Shown here: positions 38,994 to 51,250 of the stretch, piece by piece
How the letters are laid out: every line of letters begins with the position of its first letter
Position numbering within the stretch: the stretch's first letter is position 1
Assembly (NCBI GenBank): GCA_034780895.1
Contig: JAUZTB010000064.1
Span: forward strand, 56,590,563-56,652,107
Source of the DNA: Rhynchobatus australiae
Taxonomy: Eukaryota
Direction of reading: 5' to 3'
Length of the DNA: 61,545 bases
Position numbers and translations under genes: made by a program
Notes under the pieces: generated by a model
Seen by the model: only the letters and a program-made list of their open reading frames with translations
What the model was told of the DNA's origin: nothing
Database searches by the model: none

Positions 38994-39340
38994 GTTTGTC
39001 AATTACCTAGTTGTGCTCTCAAAATATTCTAGCTTTGTGTGTTCCCTACAAATTAACAATAGCAAATCATGCAAAAAAATTTACTCCAGATCAAGGCAAA
39101 TCTAACACCATTTTCATCTATCCCTCTTCCTTTGGAACCTTTCCCAATACATAAAACTATTTTTTTTTAACTGTGAGAATGATAAGACAGTGGTGTGATG
39201 ACAGCCTGGAGACAGGCACCCTTTGCTGGAAGCTCTTACCTGTTTTCCTATTTGATATAAATAATTCTTCTAAAACTATTTGACAATTGTAATATAGGCT
39301 GTTACTATTTATTCATTATTTTACTTTCTGTCTTTTTTAG

Positions 39341-39397
39341 ATCACAGAACCTGTTCCTCCAGCAGTGGTTTCACTTACCCCACAAAGTTTTGTTTCT
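39341..39397 (+). CDS. TTN: Titin-like micro-exon preceding Ig Z3, 57 nt, phase 0-0
   Basis: Acceptor ttactttctgtcttttttag| and donor TCT|gtaagc. Translates ITEPVPPAVVSLTPQSFVS, resembling the next human titin exon VTETARVPAPVEIPVTPPTLVS (recalled). In frame with the previous exon across a 347-nt GT-AG intron. Confidence 0.82.
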
Positions 39398-39699
39398 GTA
39401 AGCCAAAGATCTGGTCTGATTCAATTTGACTCACAGTATATCAATTTTTATACCTATAATCCATGGGTGTCACCAGAACCATGGTCTATATCATCACTAG
39501 TTAGGTCTTCTCCCCAGTAGCCAGCATCTGGTATGTCATGATGGTCAAATGTACCCCAGGACACCAAATGCTACAAGTGAAAGCATCATGATCACTGCCA
39601 TGAGAGTGGACATCAGTCTGGATGATTCACACACATATTGGAGCTTGAATCCCTGAAGGCCAGAATTGACACATAAGATCAGTAGAGTAATTAGCAGGC

Positions 39700-40080
39700 A
39701 TTCAATAATACCTGTAACATGGAGTCCTCATTGAACATAATACCCTGGCTCCTTTCCTCAAGGTTTTACGTAGCCTTGTTGTTATTTATTTCATATTCCT
39801 TATTTCCCGAGATAAAGTGAAGAATTCCATTCACTTACCAAATGCAGTTTGTAATATTCTGAGAGTCTTTTTGTCCCAAATCGCTCTTCTGCTCTACAGT
39901 GTTGAGTCTTTCGGTATAGAAATACTGCTNNNNNNNNNNTTACTTTCATCAAAGTACCTCACCTTACATCTACTGATATTGAGCACCATCTGAAATTTTT
40001 TTACCTCAACCATTCAATCTCATCAATATCCATTGGAATTTCTTCTTGTCCTTCAAAGAATTAGCAATGCAAAAGATCAA
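39700..40080 (-). mobile_element. Very old CR1 RT remnant
   Basis: Reverse strand: MDIDEIEW..FQMVLNISRCKVRYF and EQKSDLG resemble DLDxLxxW..QMxFNxxKCKVMHF and EERDLG. Confidence 0.5.
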
Positions 40081-40619
40081 CAGTAAAGTTTAACACTGCT
40101 CCTTTTGAAGGCCAGTGGCTGCTTGATAAGCTCTGTACAGAATTGATTGAGTTGGTTAATGGATGGTCATCCACCTGACTTTGTATCTACTGTAACACAT
40201 GACTTCGGTAAAATCTATGCTGGTCTGAATTACTTATAAATTCATAGTATGTTCCAAGACCATGGTAACATATTAATTTTGGCTTTATTCTTTCAAACCA
40301 AAGATTTTGATAATGAATTCAAACCAGACAAAGATTTTGATAATGACATACACTAAGTCTGTTGCAAAAATGCAGACAACTTCACCCCCTCTGCAATATC
40401 TTGAAGGCACACATTCCACAAAATAAATATGACTCTTCTGTTTCTTGGATGAGTCTTTATTTGTAGTGAACTTTTCTTCCATTATCTCTCAGGTGAATAG
40501 ACAATAGATTGGAGTAGATCTCAGACCATCTTAAGTCTCCATTTGCATTCTCTAGGTTGCTGTCATCAACAGTCAAAGTTGTGACAAATGAAATGGCAGC
40601 AGTCATTTATGTATCCTAC

Positions 40620-41328
40620 AGGCAGGACTCTTTGGAGGAACAGAGGGATCTTGGGGTTCACACCCATAGATCCCTCAAGGTTGCAGCACAGGTTGATAGG
40701 GTCATTATGGTGTGTTGGTCTTCATTAGTCGGGGTATTGAGTTCAAGAGCCTCCAGGTAATGTTGCAGCTCTATAAAACTCTGGTTAGAACACACTTCAG
40801 TTCTGGTCGCCTCTTTATAGGAAGGATGCGGAAGCTTCAGAGAGGGCACAGAGGGAGATTTACCAGGATGCTGCCTGGATTGGAGAGCATGTCTTATGAG
40901 GATAGGTTGAGTGACCTATGGCTTTTCTCTTTGGAGAGAAGGAGGATGAGAGGTGACTTGATGGAGGTGTACAAGATGATAAGAAGCATAGATCGAGTGG
41001 ACAGTCAGAGACTTTTTCCCAGGGCAAAACTGGCTAACATGAGGGGGCATAATTTTAAGGTGATTGGAGGAAGGTATAGGGGGGATATCAGAGGTAAGTT
41101 TTTTACACAGAGAGTGGTGGGTGTGTGGAATGCACTGCCAGCAGAGGTGGTGGAGGCAGATACATTAGGGACATTCAAGAGACTCTTGGATAGCCACATG
41201 AATGATAGAAAAATGGAGGGCTATGTGGGAGGGAAGGGTTAGATAAATCTTTGAGCAGGATAAAATGTTGGCACAATATTGTGGGCTGAAGGGCCTGTAC
41301 TGTGCTGTATTATTCTATGTGCTGTGTA
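40620..41328 (+). mobile_element. Relatively young HER1-like CR1 LINE, 5'-truncated
   Basis: ORF 40712-41242 ...FTRMLPGLESMSYEDRL..FSLERRRMRGDLMEVYK..RGHNFKVIGGRYRGDIRGKFFTQRVVGVWNALP, with tail gggctgaagggcctgtactgtgctgta. Confidence 0.93.
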
Positions 41329-41579
41329 ACAGCCATATTCAGGTCAAACCAATTTTGCAGCAGGAGTCGTAAACGTATGTGGTGCCCCAGGCAGAGGTGA
41401 AAAGAAGCTGGCATGGGTCAGTACAGCATACCAGTAAGAATGTGGTTGAGACAATTAGTACAAATCAGTTAAAATGGCAATGTTAGTGAAATGACTGTAC
41501 AACAGGAAATTTATGTTATTTTCACCCGGGCCCTTGTACCTGACACATATATCAGGTACGTGCTCCAGATGAAATTAAA

Positions 41580-41662
41580 GTAAATACTGCTGATGCTGGA
41601 AATCTGAAATTAATTAAAAAAAAACAAAAATGCTGGAAACACTTAGTGGGCTGGGCGACATT
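41580..41662 (+). mobile_element. Penelope-associated terminal repeat fragment
   Basis: ctgctgatgctggaaatctgaaat..aaaatgctggaaacact, same motif as at 47075. Confidence 0.6.
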
Positions 41663-44600
41663 TATTTTGGAATACATATCAAGCTATGCCTTGCCCTTAA
41701 ATCTGGTTCCCAACAATTGGATCGTAAGCCTCTTCCCATTCTTCTCTGCATTTGAAACACAAAACTGATCATTCAGTTACTGATGACATTGGAGGTGTTG
41801 ATAAAAATTTAGATGCCTGGAAATTTCCCTCAAACCTGACGTGAAGCATTAAAACCAAATCAGAAGTCACTAAAAAAAAATGTAAAGTTATGACATTCTT
41901 GCTTTAAGACAACCTTACTCCCTTTAAGAAACACTCAAATCAGAGCTGGCATGTCCAAGAGGCTACAGCAACAGCATTCATATGGTAATCTATGGGAAAT
42001 AGGTCAGTGTTAAAGTGATCTCTCTGTGATGACCTTGAGCAAATGAGAGGAGGATATTATGAAAACTAGGAGTGGGAGAGCAGAATACAGGAGGAGGAGT
42101 AATAGCATTTGGGTCATCTGGTGAAGACGCCTAATGAGCATGGAGCAAGCTGATTATACCTGAGGCCACCAGCACCTGGGACCAACGGCAACCATTGGGT
42201 CACAGATCGAGGGAACTGTAAACTCAGTCATNNNNNNNNNNNNNNNNNNNNNNNNNNNNNNNNNNNNNNNNNNNNNNNNNNNNNNNNNNNNNNNNNNNNN
42301 NNNNNNNNNNNNNNNNNNNNNNNNNNNNNNNTCATCAGGTCAGAGGAAGGCAACAAATTGTTATACAAATAAAAATAAGGGGAAAAGTTGTATGTTTTGA
42401 CCCTTTGATTTGTGTCAGTAAGTAATGAATAGGTGTGTATGTTGATGATATTATCACTAACACAAAATAAGATGGGGAAGTTACATCAGCATTAGAGTGA
42501 ATTTTCACAGGAAGTGTCCATTCCAATTTATTGATGGATACTTCCTGTGAAAATTCTTTTGTGCTTTTTATGCACAAAAATTGGGTGTAATTATTTGTTC
42601 TAATCTACTTTATATGGTAGACTTGTAAAATAGTGATTTTTCTCTACATTTCTGTTTAATTTTCATTATCTAAAAGGCAGCTTCCAGAAACAGACTAGTT
42701 TTCCCATAATTCATAGCATCTGCCTTTGTGAGAATTGTGGCTTGAATATCATGTTTAGGATTAGCATGTTTCCCCAGCTGCATTGTTAAAATTCATGCTG
42801 GATGCCTACTAGCTCAGATACCTGCTTTGAAAGGAGATTTCTTCAGATTAAAATTTGTGCAGATGAAAGTTAAAGTACTGATCTTAATGAAATACCAGCA
42901 GTGGCACAGAGCCAGCTTGATACAGGTAGGAAAATCAGGCCAGAAGCCTCGCACATCCAAATTTTATAATGTCTGAATTTTCTGACAACTATGAGCTTGT
43001 TTTGGATATAAATATAGCCAAATATAATTCTTTATTAAAGTCCCTGATTTCATGTGNNNNNTTTGCTATCAGTCAGTTGGTGGAGGGTCAGAAGCTTGTC
43101 CTGTTTAAAGTTAGTTATCTTTACACAGGTATCATGAATAGTGTTTGGTATTATTATACTTCTGTTAAATGTTGCAAACCTGATCTTAAAGCAATATTTA
43201 TGCTATGTGACTTGGTGCTATTCCTGTTTCTATCATGATTTGAATTGGACAATGTAAAGTAGGGATTTCTTTATAACAGTAAGTGGCTGAAATAAGGATG
43301 ATAGATTTGAATGCAGTTGCAGAGGTTTAGGAGAATGGGATGTTTGCCTATATCTACAGCTGCAATGGTAGATCAACAAACCTATAACAATGGAAGAGTA
43401 TCTTGGACTGGACCTCTTCGGATTTAATTGTTGATTTTTTTTTGTTGCCAGCATTGCATTCAAGTGAAATGTGATTTGGCCCAATAAAGTACATGTAAAA
43501 TGGCCTCAGTTCAGTACAATGATTCAAAAATAACTGCTGGGTGCTTTATTTTCCAAGCTAGGCATATGCAATACATGATCCCTTGAACATATTGCAGCAG
43601 CAATATGTCAGTATAAAACCATAACACCATGAATAGGTTTGCCCACTCTTTTTCTTGCAGCAAGGAACAATAAGAAAGAAGAATAACAGATTTTTTTTCT
43701 CTCTTGAGGGAGTAACAATTTTAGTATTGCACATTAAGTTATTGACAGTTCAGAGGGATACCACCCTGCTCCATTAAAATTATAGTTAGATATCTGAGGC
43801 AGCTTTTGACTTTCAGTATCATTGGTTCTGGGGAAGGAAAGTGTTTATTTTAACTCTTTAATAATTTACACCATGTCTTGGTAAAATATCAATTACAGTT
43901 GTGGAGAATATATTCATTAGTCTAAGCAATTAAAGACCAATTTGAATTAATTAATGAAAATTAATCTTGGGTTTTGTTATTATAACATGCTAAAAATGGC
44001 AAGAAGGTGTTGATCATTAGATATGTTCTAAATTAATATGTTCAGGAATTACCTGGCCTGAAAATTCATTATATATTAACTGAATTCCTTCATATTGTTG
44101 GCTTTGGTGAAATCCTCTGGACTATTAGTGTTCCATTCTCAAAATCCTTCACCCTCATCAGAGAACATCAAGAGCTGCCTCTAACTGACAAGAGTAGGAC
44201 CTATTCACCCAAAGTTCAGGATCTTGCACACAGAATCATCCTTAAATCTGCTTTAAAGAAAAGTTGGTGAATTTCTTATATATGTTTTCTTTGGCTGAGG
44301 AGCTTTGTCACACATTGCTGAAGGTGTTAACTAATATTGCAAAGAAATGTTTCCTTTAAGTAAATTTTAGAGCAGATTATAATTACCTATTTTGTCCTGT
44401 AGGCTGCATTTTTCCTATTTTAACAAAGAAGCCACATAAAATCAAAAGCAGTTTAACTCCGGCACCATTATTAAAGGGCTAAGGGACAGGTGTTGAAGCT
44501 GCATTGACTTTATAAAGACTAATTTAACAATGTCACAGAGATTTGTGATGAGCAAGTCACCTCATGCACTTTCACCTTGTAACACTGTTTTTAACAGAAT

Positions 44601-44689
44601 AGGAGAATGTAATGCTACACCTGCTAAGAGGGATGGTTTCAATCAGAACTTTGTAGATTCTTCATAAGGACATTTTAATAAATTTTTAA

Positions 44690-45310
44690 GAAGAAAAGAA
44701 ATAACAGGATAGTCCATTTGGTCTTTTAAATGATTCATCAAGATCACAGGTGATTTTCTACTTCCTAGTGATTTTCCTACACTATCCCCATATTCCTTGA
44801 TTCTCTTAATATTCAGAAATCTATCCAACTCTGTTTGAATGAACCCAATGACTGAATCTTCACAGACAGAGAATTCTAAAGATTCACCATACTCTGAGAA
44901 AGGAACTTGCTCCTCAGCTCAATTCTAAATGGCCTACCCCTTATTCTGAGTCTGTGGCCCTACTTCTAAATTTCACCACCAGGAGAAATATCCTCCTTAG
45001 CCTTTCAAGCCCTGAAAAAATATTGCAAGTTTCAATGACATCTCCTCTGATTCATCTAAACTCTGATAATATGGGTCTCAGCTACTCAGTCTTGCCTCAT
45101 TAAGACAAAACTGCCATCCTATGAGCCAATCCAGTGAATTTTTGCATTCCCTCTATGGTGTACATCTGAAGGATACCAAAACTCAACACAATAGTTTTGG
45201 CATTGTTTTACCAAGGCCATAATCAACTCTGAAGCCTGTATTCAAATCCTCTCAAGCTTTTAAAAAAACAATGTATAATTTGGTCTTCTAACTGCCTGCT
45301 GCACATACAT
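44690..45310 (-). mobile_element. CR1 LINE 3' portion
   Basis: MDRFLNIKRIKEYG, and ccttattctgagtctgtggcccc is the reverse complement of RGHRLRIRG. Confidence 0.75.
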
Positions 45311-45576
45311 TCAGTATTTGCATAAACAGTAATCCAATGTAATGTGTTTGTTTTATGAGATTAAGGCCATGTTGCATTTTGAAAAAGGCAATCCATTGTA
45401 TATATGTGTTTAGAACAAGAACAGTTTACTCAATCCAGTTTATCTCTACAAGCATGCATACGCATCTCATGCTTCTTCCTATCTCATCTAATTCCACAGT
45501 ATAACCTGTTTCTTTCTGCGATGTGCATTAATCCCGCTTCCTTTTAAGTGTCAAAATACAAAACAAACTANNNNNN

Positions 45577-46000
45577 CGCTGGAAATCCAAAATAAAAAAA
45601 ATATAAACCATCTTAATTCTTCTCTCCCCATAGATTCTACTTGAGCTGTTGAGTATTTCCAGCATTCTCATTTCTTTCACTTTTCCAGCAATTGTAGTGT
45701 TCTGTATTTCACAGTTCCAGCATTGATGTTTGTTACGTATAATTCCTCCAGGCAAATCAGCCATGATTAACAACACTTTACAACCCTCTCCCAGTCAATG
45801 CCAAAAGTTTTTCTGTCTTTCAGTCACTCTTGGTCTCCACCCTATTACAGACATTCTCTTTGTTCCCACCACCCCTCTCTGTAACTTAAAATTCTAACTT
45901 TTCCTTTTTCTCTTGTAAGGTAATCAACCTGGAATTCTAACTCTGTTTCTCTCTCCAAAGATGTGACCTGACTAGTTGTGTGTTTCTCTGCTTTTGTTCC
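45577..46000. mobile_element. Penelope-derived non-autonomous fragments
   Basis: gctggaaatccaaaataaaa, gctgttgagtatttccagcattc and aactctgtttctctctccaaagatgtgacctg are similar to the termini of the 47060-48285 element. Confidence 0.55.
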
Positions 46001-47059
46001 CCTTCAATGTGTTGTACATGTACATGTTACAGTGATAAGTAAAGTAACTACAATTAGTTTATTATTCCTACCTGTGAATGTCCTTTGAGGCAAAAATATA
46101 TGTAAATATGTTGAAATCAACATTAAGATAAGAGAACTCATGTTGAAATATGTGATGTGGCCTTTACAATAATCAACAATTAGAATTGTAAATANNNNNN
46201 NNNNNNNNNNNNNNNNNNNNNNNNNNNNNNNNNATAATGTTTTAAAATGTGTATCTGGTCCATCAACAACAGGATTGTGAACATATGCAAAATAGTTTCA
46301 GGGCAAAAAAGATAATTACTTCAAATTTCACATTCATTAAAAGGAACCAACTATAAGTGCATAAAATGCACTTGGCTCTCTGTCAAAAAAAAATCCCTTT
46401 AGGGAAAAAAAGGAATCATTCACATCCGTGAATTTTTTATTTTGGAAGTCTTCAGGGCCATCATCTTGTTAGCCTGCCCACTCTACTTACGCAGATGGTA
46501 AAAATATTTTGAAAGAGAATGTGACTCAAAATTTCAGAAATTCTCAAAACAATTTATGAAGCTTACTGTACTTTAACTCCCTTCAGATCTTTGCCAAATG
46601 TAAGATTTTACCTCACAGACTTGGGCTCTGTACCACTCAGCTCATGAAGCTTTAATCCATCAATTGGGCCTTGGATTGCAATGTCCCTATTGCCTTGTTG
46701 CATGCATTGACTTGAAATTAGTCTCCTCATTGCTGTTTTTACGCCTCACTAGTATATCTATGTGATCTGTGTGATCGTAATATGTTTCTGGCTCTGAATA
46801 ATCACAGTTTCCTGTGTTTTATGTTTTTTGTTCCATGTCTAACCAAGTACTCAACATTCTAGCCTGTACTGCAGGCTATCCACCAACAGGGGATCTACTA
46901 GAAATTTTGAAATAAATGGGCTAGTACATGTAAATATTTCAATCAGAGGATGTGTTTAATTATATGCTGCATGCATCAGAAACTGAAATAATATGTTAAG
47001 ATTGTTTTTTTAAATGTAGTAATATCATCAAAATAGTAAATGCAAAATCTTCTATGTAT

Positions 47060-48285
47060 TCCAAAAGCAAAATTTTGCAGATTCTGGAAATCTGAAATAA
47101 AAACAAAGTGCTAGAAATATTTAGCAAGTCAAGCTTTTCCTTCACCATAGTTGAGAGAGTTCTCAATTGCTTCAGTTCTATTTCCCACACCTCTGTTCTC
47201 AGCCCCGCTTCTTTCACCCACATCAAGGATAGGGTTCCTTTTGCCTGCAGCTTCCACCTCACCAGCCTCCATATTCAACTCTGCCATGACGCCACCTCTC
47301 AATCACTGCTTTCCCTTCCCCCTCCCTTCAGCATTGGAAAGCACCTGTTCGCTCCATGATTCCCGGATTCATTCTTCCATCACCATCAACACCTACTCCC
47401 ATTCAACTACAAGAGATTCAACCTGTGCCCTTTTACCTATTCGCTTCCACCATCCAAGGCCCCCAAACTTTCCTTCCAGTGAAGTGGCAATTTAGTGCAC
47501 TGCAGTTGGTGCTCGTGATATGNNNNNNNNNNNNNNNNNNNNNNNNNNNNNNNNNNNNNNNNNNNNNNNNNNNNNNNNNNNNNNNNNNNNNNNNNNNNNN
47601 NNNNNNNNNNNNNNNNNNNNNNGTGAAGTGGCAATTTAGTGCACTGCAGTTGGTGCTCGTGATATGATTTCCTCAGCAATGGAGAAACCAAACACAGATT
47701 GGGTGATAGCTTTGCAGAACACCTCTGTTCAGGCTGCAAGGACAACTCTGAGTTTTCAGTTGCCTGCCATTTTAATCCTCCATCCAACTGCCCTTCTAAT
47801 CTTTCAAGTCTTCTGCCCTTAACACTGTTCCATTGAAACGCAGTATAAATTGAAGGAGAAGTACCTCATCTTCTTACTTGGTGTATAACAGTCTACAAGA
47901 CTCAACACTGAGATCAGCAACTTCAGATAATTAGCCATTCTTGCTCAGTCTTTCACTTTTCAAGCATTTAATATTTTTCCTTTCTGCTTTTGGGCAAACT
48001 TCAGATTTCATTCACCGGCTCCGAGTTACACCTCCTCCAGATGTGCCTTTTGTGATTCACCAACCTTTAGCACCTTCTGTCAGGCAGCAACACCACCACT
48101 TGTCACATTCAGTGTCCCTGTATTCCCTTACCTTTTTCTCTCTCTCGCTCTTCCCCTTTTGTGACTTAAAACTATTCTTACTTCTATATTTCCACCCCCC
48201 CCCCTTCTATGAAGGGTCTTTAACCTGAATTGTCCACACGAGTTCTCCCTCCACAATATATCCAGCGTGTTCTGCATTTTTCCAC
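47060..48285 (+). mobile_element. Penelope-like element, GIY-YIG endonuclease end, decayed
   Basis: KDRVPFACSFHLTSLHIQ, TIQGPQ, GETKHRLGDSFAEHLCS..VACHFN..KLKEKYLIFLLG match the Penelope ORF C-terminus. Terminal motifs lie in inverted orientation at both ends. Confidence 0.85.
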
Positions 48286-48589
48286 CTTACATGTATTAAC
48301 TGGCACACAGTTTTATCCATGACAAGACCCTAAGGTGAAACTAACAATTATGAATGGGAATTAGACTTTTTGCACGTTTTGTCTAAATTCTAAGACAAAC
48401 AAAACTTTAGCTCTGTTGATATTTCCTTAATTTGATTGAAAAACATAGTTGCACTATAGAATTCTGCAAAATGAACACATCAATGTTCAAAATTCTAGCT
48501 TTTGAACAAATTCAGAAGCTAGAATTTAAAAGGTAGGATATTTTGCTGCTGTCATAAACCATCTGGTAAGACTGCTTTGGGCTCAGATA

Positions 48590-49545
48590 CAGGTGCAAAG
48601 CTCTTGCCACTGCAGTTTATGATAAGCCCATTGTCCTTGGAAGGAGTTCAATGCAGTTCACAAAACTGTGACCAGGGTTACAAAAGTTATGTTATGAAGA
48701 GTGATTATGTAATGTAGAGTTGTATCCCCTGGAACATTGAAGATTTGGGATTGAGTTGATTTGTGTGTTTTAAGATTTTGAAAGGAATTGATTGGACAGA
48801 CAGATAGAAACACTTTCTGCTGGTAGGGAAGTTTAAGACAAAAGGACAAAATGAAGTTGGAGCCAGGCCATTCAGAAAAGAACACAGAATAGGGTCAGCT
48901 ACAGACTCTCCGAAACACAAAGTTTGGTTGATGTGGTATTCTGACCAAACTATTGGAGTTTTTTGAAGAAATCTCAGGTAGGGTGGATAGGGGAGAGGCG
49001 GTAGATGTTGTGTATTTGGACTTTCAAAAGGCTTTTGACAAGGTGCCGCACAAGAGACTGATCAATAAGATGAGAGGTCATGGAATTACAGGTAGGATAA
49101 CAGAATGGGTGGAGCATTGGCTGGTTGGCAGAAAACAAAGGGTGGGAATAAAAGGATCCTGCTCTGGNNNNNNNNNNNNNNNNNNNNNNNNNNNNNNNNN
49201 NNNNNNNNNNNNNNNNNNNNNNNNNNNNNNNNNNNNNNNNNNNNNNNNNNNNNNNNNNNNNNNNNNNCAATTGCTCATTTTCTCCCCCCTTTTCTTTGGA
49301 GCAGACTCGATGGGCCAAATGACCTACTTCTCCCTTGTCTTGTGATCTTGTGATAAAAAGCAATAGGTTTCAGATCAATTAATAAACTCAAATCTCATGT
49401 TGATAGCTATATCAGTCAAGACTTCAAGGGCTATGAAGTTCAGTTAAGTGAATGCAGTTATCACACGGGATAGCCAGGATCCTACTGAAAGGTGAAACAG
49501 TTTCAAGTGTCTGAAGTATCAGCTCCTTTTATATGTTCCACATTA
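48590..49545 (+). mobile_element. Old CR1 3' end interrupted by a younger CR1
   Basis: LICVFKILKGID..KHFLL..KTKGQ up to 48942; resumes at ~49355 with the 3' UTR (aagggctatg...ctccttttatatgttc). Confidence 0.6.
48943..49353 (+). mobile_element. Younger CR1 LINE insertion; interior collapsed into a 100-N gap
   Basis: LLEFFEEISGRVDRGEAVDVVYLDFQKAFDKVPHKRL..WLVGRKQRVGI, then gap, then tail gcagactcgatgggccaaatgacctacttc..(tcttgtga)2. Confidence 0.88.
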
Positions 49546-49859
49546 TTTAAATGAAACTGGGAGAAAACAAATGCTAAAAACATAATAGTGGACCCAAGAA
49601 TAAGATGCCAGTTCCTTGCAACCAGGCTGTAACTATTCAGGTATTCTGTAATTCTGTAAAAGGAACATGATGGTGTCAGAAAATGGACAGGCTAACCCAG
49701 GTGTCTGTTCATTAAGCTGAGTATCTCTAATGTTTTCATTTGTAACTGCTTTATTTCCATGTACCTTGAATACTAAGCACTGAAGCTGGTTGATATTTTC
49801 CAGCTAACTGCAGCCAACATGTCAGATTCAGTTTTCCCTTGGGCTGTATCTGCATCACA

Positions 49860-51250
49860 AGTCAATCACTCAGTAGTAGGACACTATAGCATCCAAGTGG
49901 TCCTGGAAAACTCCAAACCAGTTATTGGTGAGTAATTGCTGCCTGGTAGCATGGTTGATGACTCCTTTTATCACTCTGTTAATGTTTGAGAGTAGGCTGA
50001 AAGGATGGTAATTGCCAAATTGTATTTGTCCTGCTACTCATTGGCAGGTTGTATATGGGCGATTTTCCAGTTTGTCCAGTAGATATCAGTTTTGTAGCTA
50101 CATTGGAATAGCTTGTCTGGAACCATAGCTGATTCTAAAGCACATTGTTCACTGTACCACTAGCAAGTTGTCAGAGACCCATTGTGTTTGCATAATGTAG
50201 TGGGCTCAGGGGCTCAGCCATGTCCTGACATCACATGGAGTGGATTGAATTGTCTGGTCAGGAAGACCTGAAGAATTAGCCTGGATGGACTATCTATTCA
50301 GCATTTCTTCCTGAAGATCGTTGCAAATGCTTCAGACTTGTCTTTTTCATTCACATTGCTGGGCTTTTCCTTCATTGAAGATGGGAATATTTATTGAACC
50401 TTCTCCTTAGTTGCTGAATTGTCCATCACCATTTACATCTGTAGAGCTTTCAACAAACCCATTTGTTGTGTGAAATGACCTAACATTATCTGTAGAATGC
50501 TGCCTTTGCTATTTTGGACACATAATCCTATATTTTAGCTTTATCAGGTTGACATCTCATTTTTAAGTGCTCCAGGTGTTGCTCCTGCTCTCCTCATTGA
50601 ACTTGGTTTTGTCCCTGTTCCATTTGATAATGGTTGTGCAACTGACCTACCAAGAGATTATATACTGCTACTGAAAGTTAGTGTTGAGCTGCAATATGTA
50701 CCACCTAGCATGGTGGGAGTGCTGCATAGTGAAGAGCATTGCATATTTGAGAACATCACATCAGATTCAATGGGTCTTTTTGACCTCAATCCTACCAATA
50801 TTGTCATAAACAGATGCCTCTGTAAGGGGCAGATTGATGAGATTAAGTAGGCCTTTTCTCTCTATTGGTTTTGTCTTCACTCCTAGAAGCTTTCACTTGC
50901 AGCTCTGTCCTTCAGAAGTTGGCCAATGGTGATGTTTTGTAAACATCATTGCAGATGAAAAGCAAAGTCCTCTTCCCAGAATACATTATCGCTCTTCTCA
51001 CACTCAAATAATGCTCAACATGAAAGAGTCTTGATTTCTCAGGTTACTGAGAGTGAAAGTTGCCAATCAGCAGCATGTATTACTCATAAAACTTCATGGG
51101 ATCTGGAATTGATGCTTGGGGCACATATGGGACACACCCAGTATCCCTTGCACTCAGTGTGGTTACAGACATAGCTAAAGATGGTGAAGGAGGAGTCTGG
51201 CATATATGCAGAAAAATTTAGCTTTTTAGAGCATGATTGTCTCAGGGTAG
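49860..51250 (-). mobile_element. CR1/L2-group LINE ORF2 middle fragment, decayed (same family as 7262-7500)
   Basis: Reverse strand KLFQCSYKTDIYWTNWKIAHIQP...QDKYNLAIT../YHPFSLLSNINRV corresponds to WKxAxVxPxxK..DxSNPxNYRPISLLS. The 5' boundary is uncertain. Confidence 0.65.

Noticed and set aside
40299-40347. 18-bp direct repeat caaagattttgataatga (2 copies)
   Set aside because: Simple local slippage duplication; two units only, not CRISPR-like.
40285-40482. ORF starting MEEKFTT, superficially like titin TEKFTTEEK
   Set aside because: Opposite strand to the titin exons, and the similarity does not extend beyond five residues.
42863-42925. Possible 63-nt plus-strand exon ending CAG|gtagga
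   Set aside because: Poor polypyrimidine tract and no resemblance to titin Z3 or any protein I recognise.
47479-47666. 44-bp direct repeat flanking a gap
   Set aside because: Identical contig-end overlap around a 100-N gap, so an assembly artefact and not a biological repeat or LTR.
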